Shown: piece by piece, positions 53,199-62,922 of the stretch | Numbering within the stretch: position 1 is the stretch's first letter | Layout: every line of letters starts with the position of its first letter | From: Ignavibacteriota bacterium | GTDB taxonomy: Bacteria; Bacteroidota; Ignavibacteria; UBA10030; UBA6906 | DNA length: 64,000 nucleotides | Direction: 5' to 3' | NCBI GenBank assembly: GCA_963801355.1 | Contig: CAWDEM010000004.1 | Location: 1,120,001 to 1,184,000, forward strand | The notes under the pieces: model-generated | The model's database searches: none | The model's input: only the letters and a program-made list of their open reading frames with translations | Told to the model about the DNA's origin: nothing | Position numbers and translations under genes: made by a program

Positions 53199-54260
53199 AT
53201 GGAGCAAACCGGAATGAAACCACTCCGCGTCATCAACAGCGTCGCGCCGATCAGGATCGCCGACAACGGAGGCTGGACCGACACATGGTTTTCGGGTCAC
53301 GGCAAGATCTTCAACATCGGAGTCTATCCGTATGCCGAAGTGCAAGTAGAGGTCTTCCGCCACGACGGTCGTCAGGACCGGGTGATGATACAGGCGGAAA
53401 ACTACGGCGACCGGTACGCGGTAGTGCCCGACACCGGCCGCTGGAACAAGCATCCGCTGCTGGAGGCGGCGATTCACTACATGAAGGTCCCCAAAGACGT
53501 GACCCTCCAGGTCACAATCTTTTCCGAGGCACCCGCGGGAGCTTCAACAGGGACATCCGCCGCCGTTTCGGTGGCGCTGATTGCCGCACTTGACCTTCTT
53601 ACGCCCGGCCGGATGACACCGCACGAGATTGCCCAGGCGGCCCATCATGTCGAGATGCAAATGCTCGGGCTGCAGTGCGGCATACAGGATCAGATCTGTT
53701 CGGCGTTCGGGGGCATCAACTTCATCGAGATGAGGCAATTCCCCTGGGCGACGGTATCGCAGATACAGGTTTCCAATGCGATATGGTGGGAACTTGAACG
53801 GCGCCTGGTGCTGATCTTCCTTGGCCGGTCGCACGATTCGTCTGAACTCCACAAAAAGGTTATCAAGGAGTTGGAGGATGAAGGCCCTGATGCGCCTCGG
53901 CTTGCGGTGCTGAGGCTGACGGCGGAGAAATCGCGTGATGCAGTCTATGAAGGGGATTTCGAGGCGCTCGGGAGGGCGATGATTGAAAACACGGAGGCAC
54001 AATCGCACCTGCATCCCGAGCTTGTGAGTGCCGACGCCCGCCGTGTTATTGAAATCGCCAGGGCTCACGGCGCATTGGGGTGGAAGGTGAACGGAGCAGG
54101 GGGGCTTGGCGGCTCAGTGACAATTCTCTCCGGTGACACCTCGTTCGTCAAGCGGCATATGGTCAGGGAGATCGAGCAGGAAAACTCCCTATTCAAAAAC
54201 ATCCCGATTTACCTCAGCCGCTACGGAGTGCGGACCTGGGAGTCGATCCGCCCCCAATAA
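53199..54260 (+). CDS. GHMP-family sugar kinase (fucokinase/HddA-like)
   Basis: APIRIADNGGWTD, PAGASTGTSAA, GIQDQ, KVNGAGGLGG. Confidence 0.82.
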   Translation: MEQTGMKPLRVINSVAPIRIADNGGWTDTWFSGHGKIFNIGVYPYAEVQVEVFRHDGRQDRVMIQAENYGDRYAVVPDTGRWNKHPLLEAAIHYMKVPKDVTLQVTIFSEAPAGASTGTSAAVSVALIAALDLLTPGRMTPHEIAQAAHHVEMQMLGLQCGIQDQICSAFGGINFIEMRQFPWATVSQIQVSNAIWWELERRLVLIFLGRSHDSSELHKKVIKELEDEGPDAPRLAVLRLTAEKSRDAVYEGDFEALGRAMIENTEAQSHLHPELVSADARRVIEIARAHGALGWKVNGAGGLGGSVTILSGDTSFVKRHMVREIEQENSLFKNIPIYLSRYGVRTWESIRPQ

Positions 54261-54281
54261 CCGCAAGGCCGTTCACATACC

Positions 54282-55253
54282 ATGGTGCAGACTCTCCTCG
54301 CTGTTTCCGCGATCGTCCCCTCTGTGCTGCTCGTCTGGTATTTCCATGCCCGTGACGCCTATCCGGAACCGGCCCGCGTGATTTGGGCCACGTTCGGATT
54401 TGGGGTTCTCGCAGTCATTCCGGTGCTGGCTATCGGCATTCCGATCCATCTCGCGATTGCGAGGATCGAGCATCCTGTATTGGCGAGCGCGCTGGAAGCA
54501 TTCTTCGTAGCTGCTGTTCCCGAGGAGTTCTTCAAACTCGTGGTGCTCCTGTTCTACAGTATGCGCAAAGAGGCATTCGATGAGCCGATGGATGGGATCG
54601 TCTATGGCGTGGTTGCATCGCTGGGGTTTGCCGCCTTAGAAAACCTTCTCTACGTTGTGGACGGTGGAACAGGTGTGGCTTTTTCCCGCGCCTTCACCGC
54701 TGTTCCTCTCCATGCGTTTCTCGGCGCAATTATGGGCTACTACGTCGGGCAGGCCTGGAAGAACCCCGCGCGCCGGACTGCGCTCATCGTTCAGGGATAT
54801 GGTATCGCCGTCCTCCTGCATGGTGTCTATGACTTCCCGCTGATGACCATGAACGCGCTCGAGGGCGACCCGGAGCTTCTGCTGGCGGCAGCCACACTCG
54901 TCGTGCTCCTCATCTCGTGGAGTTGGGCGGTCCGGCTCAGCCGGGGCCTCCGGCGGGAACAATTGGCGCACATGGTGACCCGGGTAGCACCGGACGGCGG
55001 CGCTGTGATGAAGGCACCGGCGGTCCGGTCCCGCGTGATACCGATGATGCAAATCGCCGTGGGGGTCATAAGCGCAAGCATGGGCGGCATGGTCATGTTC
55101 GGCTTGCTTCTGGCGTTTTTCCTGGGCATCGTTGCCGTTGATGACACCGCGGATGTGGTGTCCGGTGGAGTGTTGATCGGAGTGTTGCCGCTGGTGGCCG
55201 GCGGACTGTTCTTCCGGTATGGCGTGCGTGGGTTGAACAACAGAGGGATCTAG
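54282..55253 (+). CDS. PrsW-family intramembrane glutamic protease
   Basis: PEEFFK, FDEPMDGIVY, LGFAALEN, H...LHGVYD. Confidence 0.88.
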   Translation: MVQTLLAVSAIVPSVLLVWYFHARDAYPEPARVIWATFGFGVLAVIPVLAIGIPIHLAIARIEHPVLASALEAFFVAAVPEEFFKLVVLLFYSMRKEAFDEPMDGIVYGVVASLGFAALENLLYVVDGGTGVAFSRAFTAVPLHAFLGAIMGYYVGQAWKNPARRTALIVQGYGIAVLLHGVYDFPLMTMNALEGDPELLLAAATLVVLLISWSWAVRLSRGLRREQLAHMVTRVAPDGGAVMKAPAVRSRVIPMMQIAVGVISASMGGMVMFGLLLAFFLGIVAVDDTADVVSGGVLIGVLPLVAGGLFFRYGVRGLNNRGI

Positions 55254-56404
55254 TACACGCACTTCCTGGCTTCGTCTGCGAACGCCTCGAGCAGGGGAAT
55301 ATCCGCCTCGAAGAAGTGATCTGAAGGGCACAGGATGTAGCCGCCTCCGGGCCCCGCTTCACGGAAGCAGCGGCGGACTTCCGCGCGTGTCTCCGCGGGC
55401 GTGCACTTCGTGAAGAAATGGAACTGATCGAACCCTCCGATCATACAGACGCGGTCTCCGATCCTGCGCTTGGCCTCCCCGAGCAACGTGTCGCCCCCCA
55501 TGGCGGCGGGCGTGAATGTTTCCATGGCATCGGGTCCCATGCCCGCGATGATCTCGAGGAACGGCATCATCCCGCCGCATGTATGGTAGACGATCTTCTG
55601 TCCGACCGCGTGCGCACGGTCGATCAGTTGTGAGTCGTACGGTGCAACGAACGCGTTAAACACCCCGGGCGAGATCACCGTCGACGACGCATCGCCGCCT
55701 CCCAGTTCGATCACGTCAAACTGGGCTCCCCGCAATGAATCCACGAAACTCAACTTCCGCGCAAGAAGCACACGCAGGAATGCGTGCACCCATTCGGGGT
55801 CGTCGTATGTGGCGAGTATCAGGTTCTCGATGCCGAAAAGGACAGAGGCATCCTGCCAGCAACCCGGCTGGCCGTACAGATCAAAACAAACCATCGTGCC
55901 TCTAATCATCGCCCGCTCGCCTGTAGATGCGGAGATGGCGTTCACTGCCGCGACATCACACCGCGGCATGGGTGCGTGTGCCGCAATGACATCAATATCC
56001 GCGGGGTCTTTGACCAATCGTTCGCTGACCCATGTGGTGTGCTCATTACTCTGCAGAACGGTAGTGAGATCCTTCGTGGGCGTATGAACCGTGTAACGCA
56101 CGGTTACATACTGGGGATCCGGGAGAGTCGCAGACGTGATGCGCCATTGGTCCGAGACGATCCTGCGGGGTTCAAGAACCCCGGGGACATGGGAGGGATC
56201 GAAGTAGGCGCCGTGAGCCGTGTCAGGCGCGTGCTCTGCGACCCAAATAATCGGGTCGATACCGAAGCGGTCAAAAAACGCCTCGTTGTCTATTCCTCCC
56301 AGAACGCGATTGAGGAACGAGGGCATGAGATGATGTGTCGTCACGGGCAACCGGTCGGTTGCCCGCCGCTCGAGCGCGGCCCGGAAACGTTCTCTGACTG
56401 TCAT
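55250..56404 (-). CDS. Uroporphyrinogen decarboxylase / MtaA-CmuA methyltransferase family protein
   Basis: MTVRERF...DRLPV, DAS.TVISP, YHTCGG, AKRRIGD..C.IGG.D, GGGYIL.PSDH. Confidence 0.8.
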   Translation of the reverse strand: MTVRERFRAALERRATDRLPVTTHHLMPSFLNRVLGGIDNEAFFDRFGIDPIIWVAEHAPDTAHGAYFDPSHVPGVLEPRRIVSDQWRITSATLPDPQYVTVRYTVHTPTKDLTTVLQSNEHTTWVSERLVKDPADIDVIAAHAPMPRCDVAAVNAISASTGERAMIRGTMVCFDLYGQPGCWQDASVLFGIENLILATYDDPEWVHAFLRVLLARKLSFVDSLRGAQFDVIELGGGDASSTVISPGVFNAFVAPYDSQLIDRAHAVGQKIVYHTCGGMMPFLEIIAGMGPDAMETFTPAAMGGDTLLGEAKRRIGDRVCMIGGFDQFHFFTKCTPAETRAEVRRCFREAGPGGGYILCPSDHFFEADIPLLEAFADEARKCVY

Positions 56405-56946
56405 TGAGTAATGACCGGCATCCTGTTGATGAGTGGATCAGTGAAGATATCCGAGGCGTCGTCACTTGAAGATGAAAACTCCGACACCACAGCGCCTCCC
56501 GGACCAGCCTGGAACCAGTGCAATGTGTTGGGTGGGAGCGTGTACTGGTCCCCGGGTTTCAGGACGATTTCATTGAACACCGTGAAGTGCTCTTTGCGCG
56601 CTTTCGGCACTCTGGCTTTGGGCCTGCGCAGAGCCGGGCCTTCGATATACAGATACAGGATGCCCCAACGGCACCTGAACGTCTCCTGTTTTCCCGGATT
56701 GTGCTCATCGCGCGGTGGATGGCGGTGTTCGGGGCATGTCTGGCGGGGCATAAGCACGATCTCTTTTGCACAGTACCGGTCGTTGTTTTCGTAGACAACA
56801 AGCTCCAGTCCGATTGTGTCGACCATTGCCAATCCAAAATCAGCCACTTCGATGTGCCGCGCCTCTTCCGGCGTGACGGCTATGTGCGCCTTCTTGAGAT
56901 ATTGAAGGGTGTTCTTTTGGATTTTGCGGACTTCAGATGCTTTCAT
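56401..56946 (-). CDS. D-lyxose/D-mannose isomerase family cupin
   Basis: YCAKE, QTCPEHRHP, KQETFR, LKPGDQY...HWFQAG...EFS. Confidence 0.88.
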   Translation of the reverse strand: MKASEVRKIQKNTLQYLKKAHIAVTPEEARHIEVADFGLAMVDTIGLELVVYENNDRYCAKEIVLMPRQTCPEHRHPPRDEHNPGKQETFRCRWGILYLYIEGPALRRPKARVPKARKEHFTVFNEIVLKPGDQYTLPPNTLHWFQAGPGGAVVSEFSSSSDDASDIFTDPLINRMPVITQ

Positions 56947-58478
56947 GTTTCCTCCGAATTGTGACGTTCACCCCCGGACGGGGAGGGAGCATGGAGCCCC
57001 GACATCATACGCAACAGTTTTTCCTGCGATGCTTCGCCGCGCTGCAACTCGCCCACGATGCGTCCCTCACGCATCACGAGTATGCGTGTGGAGAGAGCAA
57101 GAATCTCGGGGAGTTCGGATGAAACGAGCAGGATACCCTTTCCCGATCCCGCCAGGTTGTCGATCAGCACGTGAATTGCCGCCTTGGCCCCGACGTCAAC
57201 CCCGCGTGTGGGTTCATCCAGCAGCAGAATGCGCGATGACCGGGCGAGCCATTTCGCGAGCACGATTTTCTGCTGGTTTCCTCCGCTCAGGCTGCCCGCT
57301 TCACTTTCAAATGATGCAGTCTTGATGCCGAGTTCTGCGAAGTGCTTTGTGAGAAGGAAGTTCTCCAACCGCCGGCGAAGGAACCCCGCCTTCGTGAGGA
57401 TCTCCAGAAGAGTGAATGAGAAGTTGAAGCGGCAGCTGAGCACCAGCGCAAGGCCGAATCGCTTCCGGTCCTCCGGCACGAAACCGAGACCTGCCTTCAT
57501 GCGCGTCCGCACAGACGCGCGGGAGATATCCTTGCCCTCCAGCGTGATCGTCCCGCGCGCGCGCAGATCAAGGCCGAACAGGGCCGTGGCGATTTCACTT
57601 CTTCCGGCGCCCACGAGTCCGGCAATCCCGACGATTTCTCCCGCCCGGATGGTCAACGCAACATCTTCGAACTTCCCCGGTGAGCTGAGATGCTCCACAC
57701 GCAGCAGATCGGGTCCGACAGGATTGTTGAGATGCGCCGGAAAGTACTCCTTCAGCTGACGCCCGATCATCATCCCGACGACGGCATCTTGAGTGGCTTC
57801 CGATTGCGTGAGTGTCCCGATCATGCGCCCGTCACGCAGCACACTGATTCTGTCGCACAGGGCGACCACTTCCGCCATACGATGGGAGATGTAGATGATC
57901 GTCACTCCGCGATCACGCAATGTGCCAATGAGCGCAAACAGCCGCCCGGCGTCGGCTTCCGAAAGCGCACTCGTGGGCTCATCGAATATCAGTACCCGGG
58001 CACCCGATCCGACCGCAGCGGCAATCTGGACAAGTTGGTGCTGTGCGACGGAGAGATGCCGCATTGTCTCCCGGACGTCGATCGAGGCCCCGATATCCCC
58101 GAGAAGTCGCGTGGCGGTCGTCCTCATCGCAGCACGGTCCACAAAGAACATCCGGCGACGCGGGTATTGTCCGAGGACCAGATTCTCGGCCACGCTCAGA
58201 TCCGGGCAGCACGCCGGCTCCTGTTGAACCATTCCGATGCCGGCCTTGCGGGCGTCGCGCGGGGAGGCAAAATACATAACCCGCCCCGCCATGCGTAACG
58301 TTCCCCCGTCGGGGGCATGGATGCCTGCCAGTATCTTTCCGAGCGTCGACTTCCCTGCGCCGTTTTCGCCCATAAGGGCATGGACCTCGCCCTGCCCTAG
58401 AGCAAGCGTCACCCCGTCCAGGGCACGTGTGCCCCCGAACGACTTGGAGACGGCTTCAATTTCGAGGAATGGATTCAC
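56943..58478 (-). CDS. Sugar ABC transporter ATP-binding protein (two ABC domains)
   Basis: GENGAGKST, DEPT, YISH, LSGGNQQK, DEPTRGVDVGAK; GTG start inferred. Confidence 0.93.
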   Translation of the reverse strand: MNPFLEIEAVSKSFGGTRALDGVTLALGQGEVHALMGENGAGKSTLGKILAGIHAPDGGTLRMAGRVMYFASPRDARKAGIGMVQQEPACCPDLSVAENLVLGQYPRRRMFFVDRAAMRTTATRLLGDIGASIDVRETMRHLSVAQHQLVQIAAAVGSGARVLIFDEPTSALSEADAGRLFALIGTLRDRGVTIIYISHRMAEVVALCDRISVLRDGRMIGTLTQSEATQDAVVGMMIGRQLKEYFPAHLNNPVGPDLLRVEHLSSPGKFEDVALTIRAGEIVGIAGLVGAGRSEIATALFGLDLRARGTITLEGKDISRASVRTRMKAGLGFVPEDRKRFGLALVLSCRFNFSFTLLEILTKAGFLRRRLENFLLTKHFAELGIKTASFESEAGSLSGGNQQKIVLAKWLARSSRILLLDEPTRGVDVGAKAAIHVLIDNLAGSGKGILLVSSELPEILALSTRILVMREGRIVGELQRGEASQEKLLRMMSGLHAPSPSGGERHNSEET

Positions 58479-58573
58479 ACCATGGTCTGGAAAATTTCGA
58501 ATCAATGTAGGAAGAAGGGGAGAGAACTGCAAAAGCTTGCTTCGCTCTGTTAGTTTTCGTAGCATACCACATT

Positions 58574-59617
58574 ATGACCGCACTCCCGGATCATCCCCAC
58601 CGAAGGTTCAATCCACTGACAGGCGAATGGATTCTTGTATCGCCGCAGCGCACGCAACGCCCGTGGCAGGGCAAAGTGGAGGCGATTGTCTCCGAGGTTC
58701 GCCAGGCATACGATCCACACTGCTATCTCTGTCCCGGCAACATGCGGTTTGGCGGTGCGCAGAACCCCCGCTACGAGCAGACATTCGTGTTCACCAATGA
58801 CTTCAGCGCGATGATACCACTGAAGGCACATTTGACGATGCAGGATGGCGATCTTCTCCGCGCCGAAAGTGAATCCGGCGTCTGCCGGGTCGTCTGCTTT
58901 ACACCCCGCCACGATCTGACGCTTTCCGGTTTGGCAACGCATGAGATTACCGGTGTCGTCAATGCCTGGACGGAAGAATATCGCACGCTCGCCGGCCTTG
59001 AAGATATTGCGTATGTCCAGATATTTGAAAACAAGGGTGAACTCATGGGATGCAGCAATCAGCATCCCCACGGGCAGATCTGGGCGCAGTGCACGATTCC
59101 CGTGATCCCGGCCATGGAACAGGCCCGGCAGCAGGAATACCGCAACGGGCACGCCTCTTGTCTCTTGTGCGACTACGCGGTCCTTGAGCGTTCCCGGGAG
59201 GAGCGTCTGGTGTGCAGTAACGATCACTTTGTAGCGCTGGTCCCGTTCTGGGCTGTCTGGCCGTTCGAGACCCTTCTCCTTCCGCTCCGTCACAGGTCGT
59301 CGTTGCTCGACTTTACGGGCGAGGAACGCGCAGCCCTGGCGGACCTTCTCCGGCGGCTCTCCCTGCGCTATGACAATCTCTTCGGCGTCTCCTTCCCTTA
59401 TTCAATGGGAATACATCAATCGCCGACGGATGCCCTCCCGCACCCTGAGTGGCACCTCCATTTCCACTTCTATCCGCCGCTCCTGCGCTCGGCGACAGTC
59501 AGGAAGTTCATGGTCGGTTATGAGATGCTTGCGAATCCGCAGCGTGACGTGTCCCCGGAACTCAGTGCGGCCCGCCTTCGGGAATCCTCAGAACTCCTTC
59601 CTCCGTTGCCCGGTTGA
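58574..59617 (+). CDS. galT: Galactose-1-phosphate uridylyltransferase
   Basis: HRRFNPLTGEW, CYLCPGN, FENKG..MGCSNQHPHGQ, RSATVRKFMVGYE. Confidence 0.95.
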   Translation: MTALPDHPHRRFNPLTGEWILVSPQRTQRPWQGKVEAIVSEVRQAYDPHCYLCPGNMRFGGAQNPRYEQTFVFTNDFSAMIPLKAHLTMQDGDLLRAESESGVCRVVCFTPRHDLTLSGLATHEITGVVNAWTEEYRTLAGLEDIAYVQIFENKGELMGCSNQHPHGQIWAQCTIPVIPAMEQARQQEYRNGHASCLLCDYAVLERSREERLVCSNDHFVALVPFWAVWPFETLLLPLRHRSSLLDFTGEERAALADLLRRLSLRYDNLFGVSFPYSMGIHQSPTDALPHPEWHLHFHFYPPLLRSATVRKFMVGYEMLANPQRDVSPELSAARLRESSELLPPLPG

Positions 59618-59733
59618 CCCCATGCCCTTGCGGAGACTTCCATGCTAGCAATCCTCTCCCGGTACTTCGGGCTCGACGCCCATGGGACGACATTACTGTT
59701 TTTTGTGTTCTATCCATACTCGTGAGGGTTCCA

Positions 59734-62700
59734 ATGAACTATTGCAGGGTTGTCTGTGCGGGCGGCATGGTACTCGCTGTGCTGTTTGCCGTTGCTGCAC
59801 TTGCGCAGTCAAAGCCGATGGTGTTGACGAATCCGGGTTTCGAACTCGCCGATCAGTCCGGAAGAGCCACAGCGTGGTCCGTCCACGGGAGCACAGATGG
59901 TGTGACAACGGCCGTCGATCGCTCGGTGAGTCATTCCGGGAGCGCCAGTCTGATGTGCCACGCACCGGCGCCCGGATCCTGCACTGTCGCGTCCGCGCCC
60001 CTCACGCTCGTTGTCGGCCGTCTGTACCGGCTCGCCGTATGGATCAAGACGGACGGAGCCGTCGCGGACCCGACATCCCGGTATCCTACGGCGGTGTCTG
60101 CCACGGCAACAATGGCATCGTTCCCGTTTGAGACACATGCCACTGTAGTCGGTGGTACACATGACTGGACCAGGAGCGAGATACTGTTTTTTGCGACGCG
60201 GGCAGCGGATTCCGTCCTCCTGCATCTCGGCTTGAACGGCCGCGCGACCGGCAAGGCCTGGTTCGACGATGTAGAGGTCGAAGAGGTGGACGACATCGCC
60301 GCCTATGTCCCTCTGGAAACCGTAAAGTGGTTCGGACCCGCGTTCCGGTACACCGACAAGGGGTGGACATTCGTCCATATCGAAGGAGAACCGTACCAGC
60401 GGGGGTATCAGTACGGCTCGTTGCTCTCGCGTGAGATCGGGATATTCATCGACAAGCTCGCGATCCGGCAGAACGGCGACAACCCGCGTGCCGGCTGGGT
60501 TGAACTGCGTACGTTGACAGACGCCCTGCTGCTCCGCAAATACGACAAAGAGTATCTGGAAGAGATGAAGGGCATCGCGGATGGCGCGGCAAACGCCGGC
60601 GGCACGTCCGGCGGGCGTCCGATCGATCTGCTGGATATCGTTACCCTGAATTCCTCCGTGGATCTCGGTCAGCTGGGCAGCGCATTGAACGAGACCGCCC
60701 ATTCCCTCAGCGGCCGCAGCTTCAACAAGGAGCAGGAGGAAGCTCAGGCGGCCGAGCGGCTGCACAAATGTTCATCGTTTCTGGCCAATGGACCCGCAAC
60801 CACGGACGGCGGGATCGTCTTTGCACAGCTGTTCATGTGGGGAGGGTATACGGGCGTGCACTGGGATGTCATCTGTGACGTGCAGCCTTCCCGCGGACAC
60901 CGGCTTGTCTATGAAACCTTCCCGGGCGGCGTACACTCGGGTGCGGATTTCTATATCAACGATGCGGGCATCATGATCGGCGAAACAACCACGATGCAGA
61001 CACCGTTCGACATCAACGGTGAACCGCAGTCCTCCCGCATCCGGCGTGCGGCCCAATACGCCTCCAGCATTGACCAGGTGGTGAACATCCTGACTCAGAA
61101 CAACAACGGCCTGTACACGAACGATTGGTTGATCGGAGATGCGCGCACGAACGAGATTGCCATACTTCTGCTTGGCACGAAGAAGTGGAAACTCTGGCGC
61201 AGTTCCAGCGGTGAATTTCCGGGGGATACAAAGGGGTTCTACTGGAGCGTGAACAATGCAAAAGACCCCGAAGTCAGGAAGGAATTTGTGCCCGACCCTT
61301 CCAACGCGCCCTTTGACGTCGTGTACTCCAACGTAAACCGCGATCTTGCATTTACACAGTTCTATCAGCGTGAGAAGGGGAAGATCGACGCCGGGAGTGC
61401 TGTGCGTGTCATTGCCTCCTCACCGGTGAACCGCCCGCATGCCTGCGACGGCAAGGTGACGACGTCTGCAATGGCCTCGCATATGATGTTCCTTGCTCAT
61501 TACGGCAAGGTCACCCTGCGCGAAAAGATGCCGGAAAAGGGATCCAGGCTTATGCCCGATCTTCCCAATGTGATTCCGCATCTCTCCCTGGGCTATTCCG
61601 TCATCAACCCGGTGTACATTGTGGAAAAGGTGAAGGCCTCGCGGCGCATCCCCCCGCCCGACCGGAAGCCCGTGGTCGATCTTGCTGACGTGAAGGATAT
61701 ATACTCGTTTGACAAGCAGCGACTCTGGATCAACACCGTCTATCCGGCAACGGAAGGGGACAACTGGTTCGCCAGTGCAACAGCGGCATACTGGCAGATG
61801 CTCAATGGCATGACTGCTGATCCTTCCTCGACGATGCCCGTGCTGCGTGACGGCCTCGCCGAGATGAATTGCCGCCTGCTGTACACGGTGGCGCGCGAGG
61901 GCACCATGGTGCCGGTCAAGGCCCAACGGGTATACGACCGGTTCAACAACTATGTCATCCCGCGCATCCGGGGCACCTATGCGCTGCATCAGCTCCGCCT
62001 GGCCCTGGGCAATACCCCGTTTGCCGATGTCATGAACGCCGTGCATACCCGCTTCCGCGAGAAGCCGATGACCACGAAGCAGTTCATCGCGGCCGCGGAA
62101 GAGATCAGCGGTAAGCCTGTCGCCGCTCTTGTCCTGCCCTGGCTTGACCGCGACGATCTGCCGCAAGTGAGCGTTGCCGCTTCACTCTCCGGTGAAGACC
62201 TCGTGCTTCATATTCAACAAACCGGAACACCGTATCTCTTTTCGACGGCCGTGGAAATCGTGACCGACAAGGGGTCTGTATGGAAGCCGGTCGCCGTCAG
62301 GAGTGGGGACGAACGTGTCACCCTCCGGGTTGCCGGGACACCGCGCACCGTGGTGTTCAATGCGGGGAATGACATCCCGGTGCAGCGGATGGAGTACGCA
62401 ACATTCTCCAATTTCTTTGATGATTTTTCCAGCACGACGATTGTGTACGGAACCACACGGCAGATAGAGGCAAACCACACGGCCGCGTTGAAATTCCAGA
62501 CCGTACTTGCAGATCAATTTACCGAGATCTTCTCTCCGCTGCGGCAGGATGCGGAGATGAACCGTCAGGAAATGGCAAAAGGAGACCTGATCGTCCTCGG
62601 AGGGGCGTCCGATAATAGTCTTGCCGCCTTGTGCGCCGGGAATGCCGGTTTGACGCTGGGACAGAACTGGTTCCGCTGGCGCGGTAGGCTCTACGCCGAG

Positions 62701-62904
62701 CCGGACAACGGGATTTTTGTGGCATGTGCGAATCCGTTCAATGCCGGCAGGAACATCTACCTCTTCGTCAGCAACAGCGCACTGCAACAGTACCAGATGA
62801 CAAAGCGATTTCAGGCACTTCCGTCATGGGCGGTGTTCAAGGGAGAACAGGTGGTCGAGAAGGGATACCATGAAGTGCCGGGATTGAGCGTGACTCTGGA
62901 GTAG
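59734..62904 (+). CDS. Secreted multidomain Ntn hydrolase (C45/phospholipase B-like) with N-terminal CBM-like and C-terminal M1-like domains
   Basis: Signal peptide, NPGFE...WFDDV beta-sandwich, GEPYQRGYQYG, HK-CSSFLA.G.ATTDG, then RG.YALHQLR..LG...F. Confidence 0.72.
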   Translation: MNYCRVVCAGGMVLAVLFAVAALAQSKPMVLTNPGFELADQSGRATAWSVHGSTDGVTTAVDRSVSHSGSASLMCHAPAPGSCTVASAPLTLVVGRLYRLAVWIKTDGAVADPTSRYPTAVSATATMASFPFETHATVVGGTHDWTRSEILFFATRAADSVLLHLGLNGRATGKAWFDDVEVEEVDDIAAYVPLETVKWFGPAFRYTDKGWTFVHIEGEPYQRGYQYGSLLSREIGIFIDKLAIRQNGDNPRAGWVELRTLTDALLLRKYDKEYLEEMKGIADGAANAGGTSGGRPIDLLDIVTLNSSVDLGQLGSALNETAHSLSGRSFNKEQEEAQAAERLHKCSSFLANGPATTDGGIVFAQLFMWGGYTGVHWDVICDVQPSRGHRLVYETFPGGVHSGADFYINDAGIMIGETTTMQTPFDINGEPQSSRIRRAAQYASSIDQVVNILTQNNNGLYTNDWLIGDARTNEIAILLLGTKKWKLWRSSSGEFPGDTKGFYWSVNNAKDPEVRKEFVPDPSNAPFDVVYSNVNRDLAFTQFYQREKGKIDAGSAVRVIASSPVNRPHACDGKVTTSAMASHMMFLAHYGKVTLREKMPEKGSRLMPDLPNVIPHLSLGYSVINPVYIVEKVKASRRIPPPDRKPVVDLADVKDIYSFDKQRLWINTVYPATEGDNWFASATAAYWQMLNGMTADPSSTMPVLRDGLAEMNCRLLYTVAREGTMVPVKAQRVYDRFNNYVIPRIRGTYALHQLRLALGNTPFADVMNAVHTRFREKPMTTKQFIAAAEEISGKPVAALVLPWLDRDDLPQVSVAASLSGEDLVLHIQQTGTPYLFSTAVEIVTDKGSVWKPVAVRSGDERVTLRVAGTPRTVVFNAGNDIPVQRMEYATFSNFFDDFSSTTIVYGTTRQIEANHTAALKFQTVLADQFTEIFSPLRQDAEMNRQEMAKGDLIVLGGASDNSLAALCAGNAGLTLGQNWFRWRGRLYAEPDNGIFVACANPFNAGRNIYLFVSNSALQQYQMTKRFQALPSWAVFKGEQVVEKGYHEVPGLSVTLE

Positions 62905-62922
62905 TCATTCGCACCGGCACAC

